64,000 nt of DNA from Macrostomum lignano (lineage: Eukaryota): NCBI GenBank assembly GCA_002269645.1, contig NIVC01000032.1:1-64000 (forward strand), given 5' to 3'. The notes under the pieces are model-generated. The model was not told the DNA's origin, did no database searches, and saw nothing but the letters and a program-made list of their open reading frames with translations. The number at the start of each line of letters is the position of its first letter. The stretch's first letter is position 1. Of the stretch, positions 60,946 to 64,000 are shown in pieces. A program made the position numbers and the translations under genes.

Positions 60946-61784
60946 TTTTATTCACAGGTCGAATAAAAATCGAACTGCAGGGTTTCTGGAGTGATTGGTT
61001 TATTGGGTGCTGGGTTTTTGTTTAATTTTTTATTACTATGGAATAATTACCATGCGATTACCTTCTTTGTCTGATAATTGTTTATCATGGCCAGTGTGTT
61101 CAGAATTGATATTTAATTGAATAGAAACACACTAAACATTATGCATGCATTCAGTATTTATATTAAAGTAACGTTTTCCCTCAACACTTCTCTCATTTTT
61201 TTATTTTTCTGGTAGTTTCAGCACCAGAAACTGGGACTGCACTGTTGAATTGAATTTCAGCAAACACATTTGGTTCCTGTGCAAATTTTCCTGGAAATTT
61301 CTTATCACGCTGTGCCGAATTAAACTCCAACTTTTGATTCTTAAGCCGTTCATTTCTCAGTTTGCATCTGATGCAATTTCTCTTTTAACCACTTCAACTG
61401 AATTCAAAATGATTTTTTCTCCTAAACTATATTCAGTCGTAAAATTTGCCATCCAGCTGTGAGTGCAGTTAGGAGTATTACAATAATTGCTTAACTCCCG
61501 AGAGAGACGTCGGTTGTGGCCCTGGCATGGAGGTTAAGGGTGAGTCAAACCCGGGTCAGCTGGGAGAAATGGATCGCCACAAGTCACGTGACAATTCAAT
61601 TGATTGGAACAGCCTACTGAGATCGGGGTCATAAATGCTGATTCACAACAAAATAACGGAGGTTGGGGTGGGCGAAAAGGAGTGGGGTGGGTGCAAGTGG
61701 TGAGTCATCGCTGATTCCTTGAAAATTAGTGAGTGGCTGCCAAAAGCCGCTGCTGCATCAGAAGCTGAGAGACGTTAACTGACG

Positions 61785-62168
61785 TCATGCTGCATAGCGA
61801 CTGTGGCATGGTTGCCAATCAGACATGCTGCATAGCGACTGTGGCATGGTTGCCAATCAGACATGCTGCATAGCGACTGTGGCATGATTGCCAATCAGAC
61901 ATGCTGCATAGCGACTGTGGCATGATTGCCAATCAGACATGTTGCATAGCGACTGTGGCATGATTGCCAATCAGACATGCTGCATAGCGACTGTGGCATG
62001 ATTGCCAATCAGACATGCTGCATAGCGACTGTGCATGATTGCCAATCAGACATGCTGCATAGCGACTGTGGCATGATTGCCAATCAGACATGCTGCATAG
62101 CGACTGCGTCGTGATTGCCAATCAGACATGCTGCATAGCAACTGCGGTATGATTGCCAATCAGACATG
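61785..62168. repeat. 38-bp minisatellite with CCAAT core, ~10 copies
   Basis: gccaatcagacatgctgcatagcgactgtggcatgatt. Confidence 0.96.
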
Positions 62169-62394
62169 ACAGCAGCTGATTGATCGAATTGCTCACAGAA
62201 TTCATGCCTGCTGCTCTCAGTGACGAGAGAGCTCACAGAATTCATGCCTGCTGCTCTCAGTGACCAGAGAGCTCACAGAATTCATTCCAAGCAAAAGCAA
62301 AAAGCAAAAGCAAGTAAGCAAAAGACAAAATCTTGTTCTTATTGAGTGATGCAGAATGGAGAACTGAAGCTGAACGAGAAAAATGGCACCGAGG

Positions 62395-62970
62395 ACTGGC
62401 AGGAGGGGCGGCACTGAGGACTGGGAGGAGAGGCGGCACTGAGGACTGGCAGGAGGGGGGCGGCACTGAGGACTGGGAGGAGGGGGCGGCACTGAGGACT
62501 GGGAGGAGGGGCGGCACTGAGGACTGGAAGGAGGGGCGGCACTGAGGACTGGGAGGAGGGGCGGCACTGAGGACTGGGAGGAGGGGCGGCACTGAGGACT
62601 GGGAGGAGGGGCGGCACTGAGGACTGGGAGGAGGGGCGGCACTGAGGACTGGGAGGAGGGGCGGCACTGAGGACTGGGAGGAGGGGCGGCACTGAGGACT
62701 GGGAGGAGGGGCGGCACTGAGGACTGGGAGGAGGAGGGGCGGCACTGAGGACTGGGAGGAGGAGGGGCGGCACTGAGGACTGGGAGGAGGGGAGGCACTG
62801 AGGACTGGGAGGAGGGGCGGCACTGAGGACTGGGAGGAGGGGCGGCACTGAGGACTGGGAGGAGGGGCGGCACTGAGGACTGGGAGGAGGGGCGGCACTG
62901 AGGACTGGGAGGAGGGGAGGCACTGAGGACTGGGAGGAGGGGGAGGCACTGAGGACTGGGAGGAGGGGGC
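62395..62970. repeat. 26-bp G-rich minisatellite ggcggcactgaggactgggaggaggg, ~21 copies
   Basis: Direct reading; explains the Pro/Ser ORFs on the minus strand. Confidence 0.96.
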
Positions 62971-64000
62971 GGCTCACCCCCAGCTCACAAGTGCTGCAAA
63001 TTTGACTGTGAGAACATTCAATCCGGCTGAGCAACTCAACAATTCAAAATGCTCGCTTCTGCTCTGCTCAGTGCAGATTCGGTCAATGTTTACTGAAGTT
63101 TCTGCAAAAATATAAATTACTGCTGTCATAGTTTGAATTTGTCTGAACTCAGCCAATTTATTATTTGGTAAGTTTGCCAAAAGTTTTGAACTTCCGGCAA
63201 GACAGACAGGATGCAAAGAACACAAATTAATGGTATGAAAGTGCAACTCATCTCTGAATCATCTGTCATATTCATTCCCAGCTGTGTACCCCATGCGTGG
63301 GTCATTGTGCATTCTGACAGCCTGACATTCACTATCATTTGGGGCATTGAAATTCAATTAACAAATTCTCATCAGCTGTTGCTGTGAAGAATTCGCACCT
63401 GGTAGGTGATTTGATTCGCTTGGCTGTCTACTTTCTCTCTCTACTTCTCTGCCTACCATCTGACCCTGAGCACACGTTGGTGGTGAGTTCTCGCCACCGA
63501 TTTCCAGCTCACTAAACTGTGAGTCACTTTTGTGTGCGACTGCAGTCTCAGTGCTGAGTTGCCTCTGTGACTGACAGTTGGGGCCTGGATCCACTTGAGA
63601 CAGCTGGTTTCTTAGAAATTATTTGAAGGCCTGCCTTGTGTAAAAATATGCATATGAAAAATGCAGCCACATATAGCTTTGCATGCGACTGCAGAATCAA
63701 ATGCTTGTGTTGAATGTGGCTTGCTGTTTTTGTAGTGAAATTAAACCCAATTAAATTTGTACACCATTAAATCATGAAGCTGTTAATAAATGACAGATAA
63801 ACACAAAAGCAGTTTATTTGCTTCTATAAAAAGATTTTGATGACCATAAAATCAATAGTTCTCTTCCGCTCTTCATTTTTCGCTCATAGCCAGCCTTCAA
63901 ATATTTTCTAGGAAACACACGCAATGATTTCCCGTCCATATACTGTACTTTGGTCGTCCTTGGTCCCACTGCAAGTCTGCAGTGACAAATTCCAGTCAGT

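Noticed and set aside
62217-63034. Pro/Ser-rich ORFs resembling extensin or mucin
   Set aside because: A 26-bp repeat open in all three minus frames; no unique coding context.

Overview
Eukaryotic (metazoan) genomic DNA, not prokaryotic: spliceosomal introns, GC-rich exons with polyQ/polyA tracts, an interstitial (TTAGGG)n, and about 30 unrelated tandem-repeat arrays filling introns and intergenic space. This style suggests a free-living flatworm such as Macrostomum (inference only). Hand-spliced genes: PKA type II regulatory subunit (minus, 2 exons); FAM193 homologue (minus, 4 exons, one GC-AG intron); SETDB1/eggless H3K9 methyltransferase (plus, 8 exons); intronless RRM2; and two intronless Zn-finger/coiled-coil/NHL-propeller (TRIM-NHL-like) paralogues 40 kb apart. 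Mobile DNA: a frameshifted CMC/EnSpm-like transposase, a hAT MITE with perfect TIR and TSD, and two head-to-tail Helitron-like non-autonomous elements. A 6.3-kb 185-bp satellite has its apparent fold-back origin and a dispersed ancestral monomer still visible. The most striking signal is the NHL pair: an invariant, nucleotide-homogenised stalk joined to a propeller whose predicted ligand-face loops differ heavily, as in a variable-receptor family. Most long ORFs in the supplied track are repeat artefacts. There is an assembly gap at 40874-41588. All splicing, counts and alignments were done by eye; no database searches were run.
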